Origin: Amoebidium appalachense
Taxonomy: Eukaryota > Protista > Ichthyosporea
Reading direction: 5' to 3'
NCBI GenBank assembly: GCA_963693365.1
Contig: CAVNZM010000017.1
Location: forward strand, 2,533,527 to 2,597,526
DNA length: 64,000 bases
Of the stretch, positions 1-20,051 are shown in pieces. The notes beneath the pieces were generated by a model that was not told the DNA's origin, did no database searches, and saw only the letters and a list, made by a program, of their open reading frames with translations. Every line of letters starts with the position of its first letter. Position 1 is the first letter of the stretch. Both the position numbers and the translations under genes were made by a program.

Positions 1-1219
1 ACACTGCTTGGATCTCGTCGGGAGTTGGCATGTCTACCACAGAGCAAGCTGCCCAATTTACAACAGAAATAAAGACTACGCCAGCAACCAATCCTGCTTC
101 TCTGTAACTATTCAAAGCACTAGAGCCTCTTTCCCTATTCCAGGCTCCCTCGCTAGCGAACAACAGCCTTTCAATCGCAGGCCTTCCTGTTGAACGCGAA
201 CCTTCCTGTAGATTCTAAGGAGTAGTTTTGTGGCTCATCTTAGTGCTCCTATATCTCAAAGCCTACCGCTCTTATGTAGTTACCTAAAAATAGTTAGAAC
301 AATGGGTGGAAAAGAGACGCGTTATCTACACCTTTCTGACCTATTTACATCCTGTATACGATCAACATGGTAGCCGAAAGTGAAAACCTAAAAAAAAAAA
401 AAAAAAAGTTTATATAGTGAAACTGCCGTGAAAGAACTGTGCGTTTGGGTCACGTGAAAAGAGGCGGGAAGAACTGACCAATCAATCATTTGCGATATCA
501 CTTTCGCGAAAATATATTTTTGGCACCGATATTAAAGAAGACCCGTTTGACGTGACAGCTGAGCAAAATTGTACCGTAAATGACCTTTAAAAGCTATTTG
601 CAGCGCTGTATGAATGGTCTATTTTGAATCTACCAATCGTCAATAGGAGTGTTAACGAAACGGTTGTTTGCCCTTCATTTTGCCTCCCAGCAAAGCTCTG
701 CAATTGAAAAGCAACCCTTGAAAGGTCCCACAAAACTTACAAATAGTAAGGGCAGTACATTAGCATTAGTTACTAGGAAACTATTTTCATTTCATGAGAG
801 GCAAAGATACACCACATACGTCAAACTATTTACCCAGAATCCTCTTAAAGCGCTTAGTTATGCAAATAAAGAGAGTGTAGAGACCATCTTTATGCCACAG
901 GTGTATATGTACGGCCACCTTTCCCATTTTCCTATGGGCCTTTTGTTCAACCCGCATGTTAGCATCCCAATTACTGTAAGGGTACTCGAACAGGAGAGCT
1001 TAAATAATCTTTATCTTTTGAGCTTTGGAACATACACTGTATTGCTTATTTAAGAGAAGACGTTCTTCGCTACAGGGTCTCCTAAAAGCACGAGTGACCC
1101 TTTCTGATTCCGTCAGACGCCCTTATGCACTACAGGAACAGTCAGCATCACTTTCACCCGTGTCGTTATTTTCTACTGGTGGTACTGCTTGAATAATGCC
1201 TTTGGGCTCTTGGCTACAG

Positions 1220-7127
<5,908 letters not shown>

Positions 7128-7140
7128 TGAGGTAGAGAGA

Positions 7141-7180
<40 letters not shown>

Positions 7181-7545
7181 TCTGTGTTTGCGTGTGTGTA
7201 GTGGTGGTGGGTTGTCTTTCTCTTTTTCAGGCGGTGAACATCACGGCCCTGGGGGGCCTCGTGTGTGTCTGTGTTTTGGGGAGGGAGGGGAGGTGGGTGG
7301 GGAAGGGGGAGGGGAGGGGGGGGGGGGGGGGGTTTGTATATTGTCTAGCTTATAAAGGCTTTGTAATGAACACATGAACAACTGGTATTTACATTAAGAA
7401 AGAAAAGGGTGAATAGAAATTGTTACGCCAAGAAAGCGATGGTATATACACGAAGAAAGTCGAGTAGATGCATTGGGTTCAAGGTTCAAAGCTAATAATT
7501 ACGAACCTTGGGTTTTTGTCTTCAGTAAATTCTTTTTTTTTTTTT

Positions 7546-7577
<32 letters not shown>

Positions 7578-7729
7578 GCTCCTCCAGCAGCGTGGGGGTG
7601 CATTTTGTTATTGCTCTACCCCTTCATTTTTATATTTCATTTTTATGTTTTGTTTTAGTATAATAATTTTTTATTATAGAGTTGTATCTATTCATATTAA
7701 TTTTTATGGCGTCCGCAGCAACGCGTGGG

Positions 7730-7767
<38 letters not shown>

Positions 7768-8152
7768 GAATCTGGGCTTGCATTTCCATTTGTGTGGATA
7801 TAATCTCGTATTTTATAATTTTTTGGGAATATGTTGGAGAGAAATGAGATACCCGGTGTGGAGGATATGAAGGGCCATAATTACTCCGGGATATACCGGG
7901 AGCCGGGGGATATACGTATAAGTATGAGACGTTTCCTGCAGTATTTTTGGTTGAGCCAAGCTGGAAGCCTCTACGACTCAAATCAATAAACACTTCATAA
8001 ATCGTTTCACAAGTTCGTGCATATGGAGTGTGCACGCAAGAAAAGCGCCTCCTTAAGATCAGCTGCTAATACATATGTAACCGTCGAGGGGCCGCCCACA
8101 CGCTTTAGTTGCAGTTAGGGAGGGAGGGAAGGGGTGGGGTGGGGTGGAGGGT

Positions 8153-8192
<40 letters not shown>

Positions 8193-8665
8193 GAGAGAGA
8201 GGGAGAGTCTCGGAGAGAGAGGGTCGCCGAGCAAGAATTGGAATTTCGATTTGTTTTTGTCATGGCCACGTATTTATGGGTCATTGTGTTTTTTTGTCTT
8301 TTTTTAGCAGCACATACGCATACGTAGGGGCTCCTTTTGCAAAAACGACTTTTTGAGTATTCCGGCTTTCCGGTCAGGATTTTTTTTTTTTTTGCGTTTA
8401 TCCTGTATCTGATTGGTTTCTTTTTCGCGCCAGGTGTTTTTATTGGCTGGATAGACAAGTTGTGTGCTCATGTGTATCTACCTATTAGTAATACTATAGA
8501 TTAAATATCTCATTAGTATGGGTCCAAACTCGGGTGCTGGGGATATGACGTGAGCCGACCCCACCTGGGAAAGGCCTTTCTATTATCATGCACATTCTTT
8601 ATGTGTGGCTTGCACCGCGGCATTGTTTGTCCATGTGTGTACTTCGTACTATCATAAATGCCGTA

Positions 8666-8705
<40 letters not shown>

Positions 8706-9121
8706 ACACACACACACCCTTCAAATCATGGCACATTCAAACCAAAGGCCTCCTGGAAATTAAGGGATGCCTTGATTCAAACCCACCTCCGCCAATCCAA
8801 AACTTTCCCCACCCATCGAATAAAAAAAGGTTTGCACGTTTAAAATCCCCCCCCCCCCCCCCCTCTCCCCCCCGCCCCTTCTCCCCTTCCCTCCCTCCCC
8901 CGATACTCAGCACCCTGGCCATCTTCGAGCTCGGCTTGGGCCACTTGCCGGGTCCAAGTCTTACAAATATATCCCCAAATCATGGTGTATACGTGACTGA
9001 AGGTCACTACGGTTTAGTACATTTATGATCTTATATGCACAGAACCCACGAGCTGAAGGCGGTAAATCACCTCGTGACCCTAGCACTGGCCATCCAAATA
9101 TCCCCCTCCCCTTCCTCCCCC

Positions 9122-9165
<44 letters not shown>

Positions 9166-9513
9166 AAAAAAAAAAAGAGAGAAAGAAAAAATAAACGCGC
9201 GCGCGCACACACACACAAACACGTGCGCCTACCTACCCACCGTGCATCACCACCACCACCACCCACTCACCTAGTACACCCCACCTACCCACACACAAAC
9301 ACACGCACGAATGGTCCACACACGTGCACACAAAAAAACCCTCTCAGCCTTTTTTCCAGTTGCCAAGTGGCACTCTCGAGCTCCCTAACAAACCATTACA
9401 TTCTGCCTGTTTCTCCCGGGACTGCCCGCTTTAGAGACAGAGCAAAGAGCTAGCACCATGCAAACAGCCGACTCACTTACATACACGTGCCCGATCTGTA
9501 CAGTATCTTAAGC

Positions 9514-9550
<37 letters not shown>

Positions 9551-10006
9551 GCGGGGAAAAAAAAAAAAAAAAAAACCCACCACCACATCACTCGCCCAAT
9601 GCCCCATCCACCACACACAGTGGCTCAAAAGTGGCTGTGTAGGGCCCGAAGTGTGCGGTGCAATCGGGGACGTGCAGAGAAGGCGGGTGAGTGTTTTGGG
9701 CTAGGGATTTGCACGTACGTGTGTGTGTGCGCGCGCTCGTGTGTGTGTGTGTGTGTGTGTAAGTGTGTGTGTATGTGTGCGTGTGTGTGTGTGCGTGTGG
9801 GAGGGGGGGGGGGGGACGGGCTTAGTTGGAGATGTATGGAACTGGGTTGGAACTTTGGAAATGGTGAGACATCAAAGAACACAAAAAGAAAACATCACAT
9901 GAATATCAACCCCCCCCCCCCCCCCCCCACAAAAAAAAAAGGGCGCGGGGGGGGGGGGGGGGGGGAGGGGGGGGGAGAGAGGGGGGGGGGGGGGGGGGGG
10001 GGGGCA

Positions 10007-10092
<86 letters not shown>

Positions 10093-10856
10093 GAGAGAGG
10101 GCAGGGGAGAGAGAGAGAGAGAGAGAGAAATACAATTTAGTTATGAAAATAAGTGTGATGTTTATTACTAAACTGTTCCAATCAATATTAGAAGGGTGGC
10201 TCGTTGTGTGGCTTCAAGACACTAGCTATCAGCACGATGATCATGACCTTCACCTTCGTAGAGATCTAATAGAGTTAGTGGTACAACGGTTAACAATATC
10301 ATAAGTTATTAAAGCTGCAACAGTTAATATCATAGCGCCTATGTACTGCCCTTATGAAAGTAGTTAAAAAATTCTACGCTTAGCAAACAGTGACAAGAGA
10401 GGTCAAATTTGCAGCGGAAACCTTACCGGCGCCCTCGATTATAATGTAGTTACTAACCATAAATAGGATGTTTCTGTTGCTCTGGGTAAAGTTAAGGTTG
10501 ATGTCCAGATACACGTTCTCTCTAGGCTACCGTGACTCATGTTTGCTGCCGGGCTACTTAAAATAGTCTAGCCTTGAGGTGGCACTATTTGGTAAAACAC
10601 CATTTATCTACGGGAGGCTAGTTTTATATGGTATTTTATGGGAAGAAATGAAATTCACTTGATGGAGCGTTACTTTAGGGGACTCGCGTTCGCAGAAACG
10701 AAAAGAAACGAAGTACAACCCGAAATTGCTCTAGAATCATCATATGCAAACATCTTCTGTCTCATTTCCACAAACACACACACTCTCTCATCTTCTGTCT
10801 CATTTCCACAAACACACACACTCTCCCTCTTTCTCCCTCGCTCTCTGATTCTCTGA

Positions 10857-12017
10857 TTAGGAGGCGAAAGCACGGTCGTGAGAGTCAGGCTGTTCAAGCG
10901 CCAATGCCGAACTTGTACCGGTTTGCAGCAATTTATGTGACATGCCACCCAAAGATTCCATCTTGCCGAACCACCCGGAAATCTCTATTGTCTTCTTGCT
11001 TCCTCCCGTCTGCTCCGACAATTCTCCAAGCGCAAGCAGCTGCTCCCGTGCACCGAGGCCAGACATTACCGGGCCAACATGACGCAAATTCTTGATCGGC
11101 GTGCACGTGAACGAATTCGCAATCCATGTGAGGGTAGTGCCGATGCTGTGGCATATGCGCACCGCAAAACTTGCCGGGGGCGGTGGGTTTTCAAGCTGTG
11201 TCCATTCGCCAAAATCACGTGAACGGCCTCCCTCAAGCCACTTGTCATTTTCAGGCTCCCCGTTTGAATCCAGTTGGGGTAGGTCTGGAATCCCAATGTG
11301 AGAGCGGCGATTGAACTCTGATGCAATAGAGTAGAGGGCCAGATTTTGCCATCCTTGGCAAAGAGCAGGCCATTCCCCCGTTGTCATGGCTGCCAAGTTT
11401 TCGAATGGCCACCGGAATAGGAGACAATCAGTTTTCGCTCGGGCTTCGAAATCCACGTCCATAAATCCGACACGGATTCCGACGATGTTTAGCACGGCAA
11501 AGTCAAGCAGGTCCCCGCTGCGTGACAAACCCTCCTCGCTCTGTGCCCCTCGCAAAATAGTACGGAATGATGCGATGCCCTCGATGACCAGGCAGAGACT
11601 CGTCCTGTCTGTGCGAATTTCGTCTCCTGCCTTTACTCGTACAAATTGGCCCTTCCTGATTGCTTCCTCCGCTTCCCATTTTTTCATGCCTGCACGGCGG
11701 TAGAGAAAACGTGCTATGGGCTCTTCTTCCTTGCTGAACTTGACATTTCGCTGGGCTCGTAGCAGAATGATCAACCCGCGAATGTGGACGATGAACGGTA
11801 TGAGACCCCAGATAACAGCATCTATGCTTATGCGCGGGGGGTTGGTGTAAAAATTTGGCCAATTTGGGAACCCCGTTGCACTGTTCGCTACGATGCCTAC
11901 GTATGCGCATACAAGACAGATTCGGATGAGAAGGATGTCTTTCTCAAAGAAGGCAGAAAGGGTGAAGAAGAGACTGAACAAGTGGAACCAGGGGCTGTTG
12001 GGGCTGAGGACAATCAT
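10857..12017 (-). CDS. Popeye-domain (POPDC/BVES-like) membrane protein with cNMP-binding-like domain; single exon
   Basis: Uninterrupted 386-aa ORF free of microsatellites. N-terminal hydrophobic helices (FHLFSLFFTLSAFF; DILLIRICLVCAY; IDAVIWGLIPFIVH) are followed by a 'VKFSKEEEPI' linker and a cNMP-like segment (VKAGDEI...LCLVIEG...AKTDCLLFRW), the Popdc layout. Confidence 0.7.
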   Translation of the reverse strand: MIVLSPNSPWFHLFSLFFTLSAFFEKDILLIRICLVCAYVGIVANSATGFPNWPNFYTNPPRISIDAVIWGLIPFIVHIRGLIILLRAQRNVKFSKEEEPIARFLYRRAGMKKWEAEEAIRKGQFVRVKAGDEIRTDRTSLCLVIEGIASFRTILRGAQSEEGLSRSGDLLDFAVLNIVGIRVGFMDVDFEARAKTDCLLFRWPFENLAAMTTGEWPALCQGWQNLALYSIASEFNRRSHIGIPDLPQLDSNGEPENDKWLEGGRSRDFGEWTQLENPPPPASFAVRICHSIGTTLTWIANSFTCTPIKNLRHVGPVMSGLGAREQLLALGELSEQTGGSKKTIEISGWFGKMESLGGMSHKLLQTGTSSALALEQPDSHDRAFAS

Positions 12018-14141
12018 GGTGAATGGTTGTCTGAAGCCCAGACAACAAGTTTCGACAGTGCATGCACCAATCTAGTGAACTAATATTCTTTTCCTGTATA
12101 AACCCATATGTTTATCTAGTTACCTCTTTCTATCTTCCTGTGTAAAACGATGACAGAATGACGAACGGCGCATAGAAGAAAGTTCGTTTTTGTTTACAAA
12201 AATAACGGAGAATCTCTCGAAGTGGGAGTGACTTCAAGATCTATCTCGTACTAATGACACATATGAAATGCATACACCAATTAAATGCGACCAAATATTC
12301 CGCTGCAATTTGCTATGTGTCACGAAGCGACATGCGCCAACTTTTGCGCAACGCAAAGCCTTCAACGGCCTGCCGTTTTTAATTTTTTTTTTTTTTTTTT
12401 TTTTTTTTTGCCCCTCGAAACAAAGCGGTCTTGCGCATTCACACTTCGAGGTTATCTTTTAAAACAAACAATAGAAACAAGGGAACAGGTGATGCTATTC
12501 AAGAATGGAGAGCGCGACCGGCCGATCAGCCCAGGAGCATGAGGCTAACGCTGTTTGTGCAAGGCGGCTTCAGAGAAAACACACCCACAAACACGGACAC
12601 AAACACATTCACCCTCTAACCAGGCTATTTCTCGGAGTTCTGCCCGAAGCCTGTTGGGTTGCCAAGGGCATATGTACAAGTGTGATGCTTGAAAGATGGG
12701 TGACATTTATTCGTTAGCACTCAAACAGTTGGGGCCCTTCGCGTCCACACATCCACTTAAAAGCTCGACGTCGGTACCCTCTCACACATACACACGAATA
12801 TGCACGCGCATATACACTGTGTGACGTAAGCACACACACAGAGACACGTTCGGCTGTGTACGTGTGTTTGTGTTTGTGTATTTGTGTGTGTGTGTGTGTG
12901 TGTGTGTGGGTGTGTGTTGTGTGTGGGTGTGTGTGTGGGTGTGTGTGTGTCTGTGTTCGTGTGTGTGTTTGTGTGCACGTGTGCATGCGCGTGTGCGCAC
13001 AAATGTCCGTGTGTGCGCGCGCGACGGGCACGCTTTTGCACGTTTATGCAAGTGTCCGTGTACCACAGGTGTGTACGTACCTGTGAATGCGTGGACGCAT
13101 GTGGTTATTAAGTTAGTGAATCATTCCAACCGCAGTGCATGCATGTATAATTATGTTCATACAATCACATCAAGGAATGCACAAGTACTGATTTGAACCA
13201 CGAAAAGGACAGCTTCATGTAGCTACTGTTTTCTTTGTACGCCATAATGCCGTCTGTGTCCAAAAACCGAAATTCACAAGCATGACCAAGAAGTAAGAGT
13301 AAGCGGTAACGTGTGCTAATATGTGTGGAAAATACCATGGTGGGTGAGTGTGGTTGTTTGTGTGTGTGTGTAGGTTGGGAGAGAGGCCGTGGTGTATAGA
13401 AAGAGTAACAGCCTACGGTAGGAAGTACACATTCACGACGGACAATTGCAACTCATCACACATAAGAGTATGCCTCGTATATATGGGGGGGGAGTGGGGT
13501 GGGAAAGGCCTAGAAGGGGGGGGGGGGGGGGGGGGGAGGGGGGGGTCATCATGGCCATGGTTGCCCATCCGCTCAGAGCCTGACGTCTCAGTGGGCGGTG
13601 TAATTATGTAATGACTGGTGCACATGCAAGTGTGCAAGAAGCACCGTGGGAGGCGGTGGGGAGGTGCACTGTGGCACTTTGCCACAGTAACCCAACCGTT
13701 TTTTGCTTTTCCAGTTAGTCTGTGTACACGTGCACGTGCAGGTCTATAGGGTTATTTTCTGTGTGTGTGCGCGCGCGTGTGTGTCACGAGTGTGTGTGTG
13801 TGTGTGTGTGTGTGTACGTGGGTGGTTGAGTGTAGGTACACATGTCATAATGGTGCACGTGAGTGGTAATCGTGGTGTGTGCCCGGTGTGTTCGCGCATG
13901 CACGTGCATGCACTACATCACGGGGCATATGTACACACATGGCAGTATCACTGCTACGAGAGGAGGAATAGCTCAAATTTCTTTGTAGATGGGGGTTTTA
14001 GTGTCAATAGACAGAGAGCCGGGGACTGGACTTTATATAAAGTAGCTTCAATAGACCAGATTTTTTTCGTGTGTGTGCCTGTGTTTTCTTTCATCTTTTT
14101 TTTTTTTTTTTTTGGTGGTTGGTGGTGGTGGTGGTGGTGGT

Positions 14142-14171
<30 letters not shown>

Positions 14172-14174
<3 letters not shown>

Positions 14175-14542
14175 TGAATGCGGAACACGGTACGAAGTAC
14201 GCATACACGAAGGACACATGCAAAGGCAAACAAGTATGCAACATCAGCCATACGCACAGTATGCGTCATAAGCAGAGCCCATCCTCAGGGAGGGCCCAAG
14301 TCATCAATTGCGTCTGAGGTTCGACCCCTTAGCCCGCGTATATACGACTCTCCAACTCAGACAGCAGCATCAACTGAACTTGGGAGGGTCAACCCGTCTT
14401 GATCAAAGAGGAGCAGGGTTGCTTATGCAAGGTGAGCAAAACGGTGAAGATGTGTGTGCAAACTAATGCAGTGCAGCGAAAAATGCGTATGTGATTACAG
14501 ATGCACGACACAGAGCAACCATGCCCGGTTGCATGGAAGTAA
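14172..14542 (-). mobile_element. ~370-bp copy of a non-coding dispersed repeat (poly-C-tailed, SINE-like)
   Basis: Near-identical to 37397-37794 and 37849-38244, with a few substitutions and indels; flanked by G-runs. Confidence 0.8.
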
Positions 14543-14570
14543 GGGGAGGGGGGGGGGGGGGGGGGGGGTT

Positions 14571-14841
14571 CGGGGAGATAAAAGGGAAACACATACAACA
14601 CACAAGGGGGGGGGGGGGGAAAATCGCGATCGGGAGATAAAAGGGAAACACATACAACACACAAGGGGGGGGGGGGGGGAGAATCGCGATCGGGAGATAA
14701 AAGGGGAACACACCCACCCACCCACCCACACGCACACACACACCACTCGCGCGCGCGTGCCGGGAGATAAAAGGGGAACACACACACACACACCGTGACA
14801 CACGCACACGCGCGCGCGCGCGGGGAGTTAAAAGGGGAACA
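14571..14841. repeat. minisatellite of ~60-70-bp units with core cgggagataaaaggg(a/g)aacac
   Basis: The core recurs at about 14571, 14631, 14691, 14761 and 14821, immediately next to the repeat element. Confidence 0.8.
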
Positions 14842-14853
14842 CACACACACACA

Positions 14854-14913
<60 letters not shown>

Positions 14914-15616
14914 TGCGCGCGCACACACATACACCCATTCACCTCGTCGACAAAACCCAACTCAGACACTGCTGCACTTGAACATGGGAGGAGGAGGGGG
15001 GGGGGGGGGAGGGGGGGGGGGGGGGGGGGTTGCTAACTGAGTAAACAGGACCAGAACACTAACGAGAAGGATTGCATTCTAGGACAACCCAAAACCTGGT
15101 GACACAGACTTAGAGGCCACCGTAAGGGCACAGCAGGGATGGATCGCTCACGAGATTGCAGGGCCAAAAAAAATGTGAACCAGGAAGGGTGTTGTGGTGT
15201 CGAATTGTGTTGGGAAGATGTTCAGAAGGTGTAGGTTTGAATCTGAGAGGGCCGGGGGGGGGGGGGGGGGGGGGGGGGGTTGAATGCGTCATAAAGTACG
15301 AAAAAAGGGGGGTTAAAAAGCGGAACATGGTACGAAGTACAAGAACACGATGAGAAACACGGTGAAGGACACAGGCAAAAGCAAACATTCAGGTATGCAA
15401 CATCAGCAATGTGCGCAGTGTGAGGAACTCAGGAGACGGGGCTTCTAGGTCCCCCCGTCGATACCTAAGTCGATACTTCCCTGGCTAACATACCACACCA
15501 GCTGAAAAGAATGAAGCCCCACGGAAGAAAAGTAAGAAAGCGGTTAAGAGAGACCGCATGTGCATTGGAGAGAGGATGGTGAGTGAGTAAGAAGAGATAA
15601 AAGGAGTGAGGGGGAA

Positions 15617-15649
<33 letters not shown>

Positions 15650-16180
15650 GATAGAGGAAAGAGAGAGAGAGGGAGGGAGGGAGGGAGAGAGGGAGAGTGG
15701 AGAGAGAAGAGGGAGAGAGAGAGAGAGTGTGTGTGTGTGTTTGAATGTGTGTGCATGCGTGTGTATGCCAATTTGAGTGTCAAGAGAGAGAAGGAGGGGG
15801 GCGGGGGGGGGGGGGGCTCCCGTGATGGGGGGGGGGCGAGAGAGAGAACGGAGTAGGAAGGAGGGAGGGAGGGAGAGGACGGAGGGGGAGGGGAGGGGAG
15901 GGGGGGGGAGGGGGGGCAGCCGAGGGGGGAGGGAAGGGCGTAAGAGAAGGGAGAATAAGAGGGAAAGAGAGAGGCCATGTGTGCATGTGAGAGCAGACGG
16001 TGCTGAGTGAAACGGGGGGGGGGGGGGGGGGAGGGGGAAGGGGGTAAGAGAAGGGAGAATAAGAGGGAAAGAGAGAGACCGTGTGTGCACGTGGAGAGAG
16101 GGAGGGGGGTGGGAGGGAGGGAGGGAGGGAGGGAGGGAGGGAGGGAGAGAAGGGAGGGAGGGAGGGAGAGAGAGAGAGGG

Positions 16181-16280
<100 letters not shown>

Positions 16281-16334
16281 GGAGGGAGGGAGGGAGAGAG
16301 AGGGAGAGGGAGAGAGAGGGAGAGGGAGAGGGGG

Positions 16335-16436
<102 letters not shown>

Positions 16437-16539
16437 AAGCATAGCCTAAAAACAAACTGAGCTCCACAACCTTTGCTCATGCATGGAGAGGGGGTGGGAG
16501 GATGGGAAAGATGGGAATGGGGGAAGAACCGTGTGTGTG

Positions 16540-16596
<57 letters not shown>

Positions 16597-16822
16597 GTGG
16601 TGGTGGTGGTGGGGGGGGGGGGGGGGGGGGGGGGCAAGGGGGTTTCGTCGCGATAAAATGTTTATGCGGCTCGATTGGGCCATGATGTCATGGTTACAGA
16701 GCAAAAGCACGTGATTTGCAAACGGAGTCGGAGGCTTAAGGGAATTTCTTGACCGATGTGAGTGGCCGCAAGAGGCGACAAAAAAGATTAAAAAAAAAAA
16801 AGGAAAACCAAAATGGGTGGGT

Positions 16823-16856
<34 letters not shown>

Positions 16857-16984
16857 GTAGAGCACAAAAGTCGAAAGTTGGGAGATTGGGATTACTTAAA
16901 CGTGTGCAGTAGGTGTTGGGAATAACGAAAAAAGAAGGGGGGGGGGGGGGGAGGGGGGGAGTAATTCAATTCGACGATTCACAA

Positions 16985-17022
<38 letters not shown>

Positions 17023-17466
17023 CTCCTACCCTGAACCATAGTGTCAGAAGGAGAACCACTTTGGTGATGCTGAAATGGTAACCGGCTGGCATCGGAATAG
17101 GAGGTCGAGCTAGGCTCAGTGGTTTGTAACGTGTGCTCTTGGTAAGGACACAACTCAGGGCTCTACTCATCTGCTCTACTCCGTATGCTCCAGGTCACCT
17201 TCCAAAGTTTGGGTGACTCTGGATGGCTCCCAGCCACCAACTCGCAAAATTTCTACCATCCTAACACTATGAGCTGAAAATAATAAGCCCTGGAACGTTT
17301 CGCCTCAAGTGTAAGATAGGGAAAAGACACACGTGTCACCTCTATGTTAGCAACTCTTCCGTGCCAAAAAACAAAACATGAAACGTTGCAATTGGCCCAT
17401 TGAGTCCACTGTTAGTGTTGGAGCGCAAAGCTGTAGCGGCGCCAACCTGCGGCAACAACTGCTCAC

Positions 17467-17580
17467 TGCCCGCAATGCGCGATTGGCAAAATCGACTTGC
17501 GCAAGCATGACACCAGGGTCTCTGCCGCCCATCGAGCCTCGGATAGCATTATAAAGGTCGACCGATCTTTCAGCAGGCAT
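17467..17580 (-). CDS. probable first coding exon of an unresolved minus-strand gene (likely extends toward ~12.5 kb)
   Basis: aaaaacATG...MPAERSVDLYNAIRGSMGGRDPGVMLAQVDFANRALRA ending exactly at a GTGAGC donor (38 codons). Downstream there are unique islands between microsatellites with minus-strand splice-like sites. Head-to-head with the LysRS ATG. No homology recognised. Confidence 0.35.
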
Positions 17581-18477
17581 GTTTTTACTGATGCTTCGGA
17601 TCCGCCATCCGCCGACGGCGTTCCGAAGACAGTCATCCAATAGGAACGAAGCTTAACACTTGGCCAATAACGCCGAGGCTCACTCAACCAAAAAAGGATC
17701 ATATCTTATGATTGGATTCATTGGACGTGACACTGAATATGCACACATATGATAAAGAAAAACAAATGTTTATATATCATACTTGCATATGTTCTTGGCC
17801 CGCCTATCATTTCAAAGCATCTATATATTTACAGAGGAAAGAAGCCTCTGCATTTTTCTCTAAATAAGCTATGATGGGGTGTCTGAAACCACGTTATTCG
17901 GACTGACCCCTTCGCAGCGTTCAGTGAATTCTTTGCCCAAATATAGCTAAAAACAAAACAATTATTTGATTGGTTAAGGTTAAATAATGTAATAACCAAA
18001 CATAGCAACACGCACGAAATTCAAAAAGCACGAGGCGCCGCGCGCCGGCAACTTGGCCAAGCCAGGAGGCTTCCGTTTTGTTATGTACTTGTCACTTGTG
18101 TTTTTCGTTTCGCATCTTGCATGTATGCAATCATTTTCTATAAGGATATTTTGGTAGGAAAGCTTTTTATTATCAGGTTTGGCTTATAATACACTGGCCA
18201 GTTACGCTGTGGGCTAGGCATTTTGGTGGTTGCACACGTGCACCTAGCTCGTGCACCTACAACGTTAACTTGAGATCCCCCACACAGTTAGGGTTTCAAA
18301 TGGTAAAGGCGTATTGCTGCCATCCTGCAGCATCACCTTTTCCAAAGACGTTATTGGATCGTTTTTTACGTAGATATTATATTAACAAGCGAAGAAACAC
18401 GTCTCGCTTAAACGTTCCACTTTAGCCTGCATCGTTCTGCCTTTCTAGATCTCCCATCCTTGGTCTGCCCACAGAAA

Positions 18478-19004
18478 ATGGCGTCAAGAATAGCACCCCT
18501 GAGCACAGCTTTGGGAAGTGCCTATACAGCACTGCACACCAAAGGGTTATTGAGCCTGGTTCCGAAGGCGACCGGGTAAGTCACACTATTTTTGTCCTTC
18601 CCTTTCAAGAAAAAAGAAAAACATGAGATCTGGGATGGTGTCTGCGCCTGCACCAACCCACCACCCTCTCCTATTCGGCCACTTTATCACTTTCCATGGT
18701 TGATCTGGAACAGGATGTAAATTAATCTGGTCACTGAATTTTTATTGCAACACACGCATGTGTGGACATGACTGAAGCAAGCTCATTGTTGTAGAGCCAC
18801 ATGTACTTGGTTTTTCAATGTTAAGGTTTCTTTTCCCCCACCGTACCCCCTCTCCCCGTCGCCCTCCCCCCTCCCCCCCCCCCCCCCCCCCCCCCAAACC
18901 ATCCCCCCCGCCCTCAACCCCGAAACAAAGAACATTGAAGCAGGCATGGGAAGGTATGAATAGGAAGAGAGGTGAGCAAAGGGTGTTGGTTGGTGGTGGT
19001 GGTG

Positions 19005-19037
<33 letters not shown>

Positions 19038-20006
19038 GGCGGCAAGGTGAGATAGAAATACTACGTTCTTTGAGGTATTTCTACTCCCCCCTTCCCCCTC
19101 CCCCACCCTTCCCTATCCGTTAGCGTCATCTTGCCATCTATTTTTTGCTTCCCGACCTTCGTCGACTCTCCACGGCATAACCCCCCCCCCCCCCCCCCCC
19201 CCCGAATCAATTACCCTACTCCCCTCAACCTCCGACTGCCCTTTCCGTCTCGCTTTGTGCCCCCCCCCTCCCCTCCCCCCCTGTGCCCCTCTCTCCCGCC
19301 TCTCTTACTCCCCCCTCCCTTCCCCCCCCCCCCCCCCCCCCCCCCCCCCGCCCCCGCCTATCTTTTGGATGCACACTCTTAGTGTCTTTGTGTGTGCTAT
19401 GCAAAATCTGCATTGTGTTGCCTGTTGCGAGTTTATATTTCGTACTCTGTAATACAATATTATCATATCTCCCCCCCCCCCCCCCCCCCCCCCCCTCCCC
19501 CCCCCTCCGGCCCCTACCCCCGAAACCTCCCACCCCCTCCCCCTCTTCGTTTTCTTCTCTAGTCTTAGTCTAAATAGGTCTTGCTATTGTAGGTGCCGTT
19601 TAGCCGCGCACGATATCTCGTACCGATATTTCAGCACAAAACAAGGCACCAATGTGGGAAAGGAGGCAGAGAAAGACGATATTCGGCACGAGGGGCTCAG
19701 GAAAATCAAGGAAAAGGCAAGTTTTGGAATGATTTTTCAAGCCCATTTAGGCTTTTTCTTGTATATTCTAATTCGGGGTTCTTTTCTTTAATTTTTTCCT
19801 TTTCAATCTCCCCACCTTTCCCCCCCTTTCTTTCTTTCTTTTCTGATCTTTTCTTGTCTATTCGTTTTTTTCCCTATCTTGTTTTCCTTCCTTTTTTGCT
19901 TCCCCCCTTTTCCCCTTTTCTTTCTTCCCCTCTTTCTTCTTTTCTTTCTTCTTTCTTTCTTCTTTCTTTCTTCTTCTTTTCCTCCCTCCCCCCCCCCCCC
20001 CCCCCC

Positions 20007-20051
<45 letters not shown>

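Noticed and set aside
649-1053. 134-aa ORF as an independent gene
   Set aside because: It has no ATG start and no recognisable motif; part of it may be a TMEM106 5' exon.
8500-10545. Possible minus-strand microexon gene (e.g. cag|ATCGGGCACGTGTAT|gtaagt at ~9481-9495; ATG at ~10540)
   Set aside because: I could not assemble a convincing frame or recognisable product, and a repeat fragment at ~8590-8666 points to + instead.
14571-14841. CRISPR-like repeat-spacer appearance
   Set aside because: The spacers are low-complexity and related to each other, the context is eukaryotic, and there are no cas genes; this is a minisatellite.
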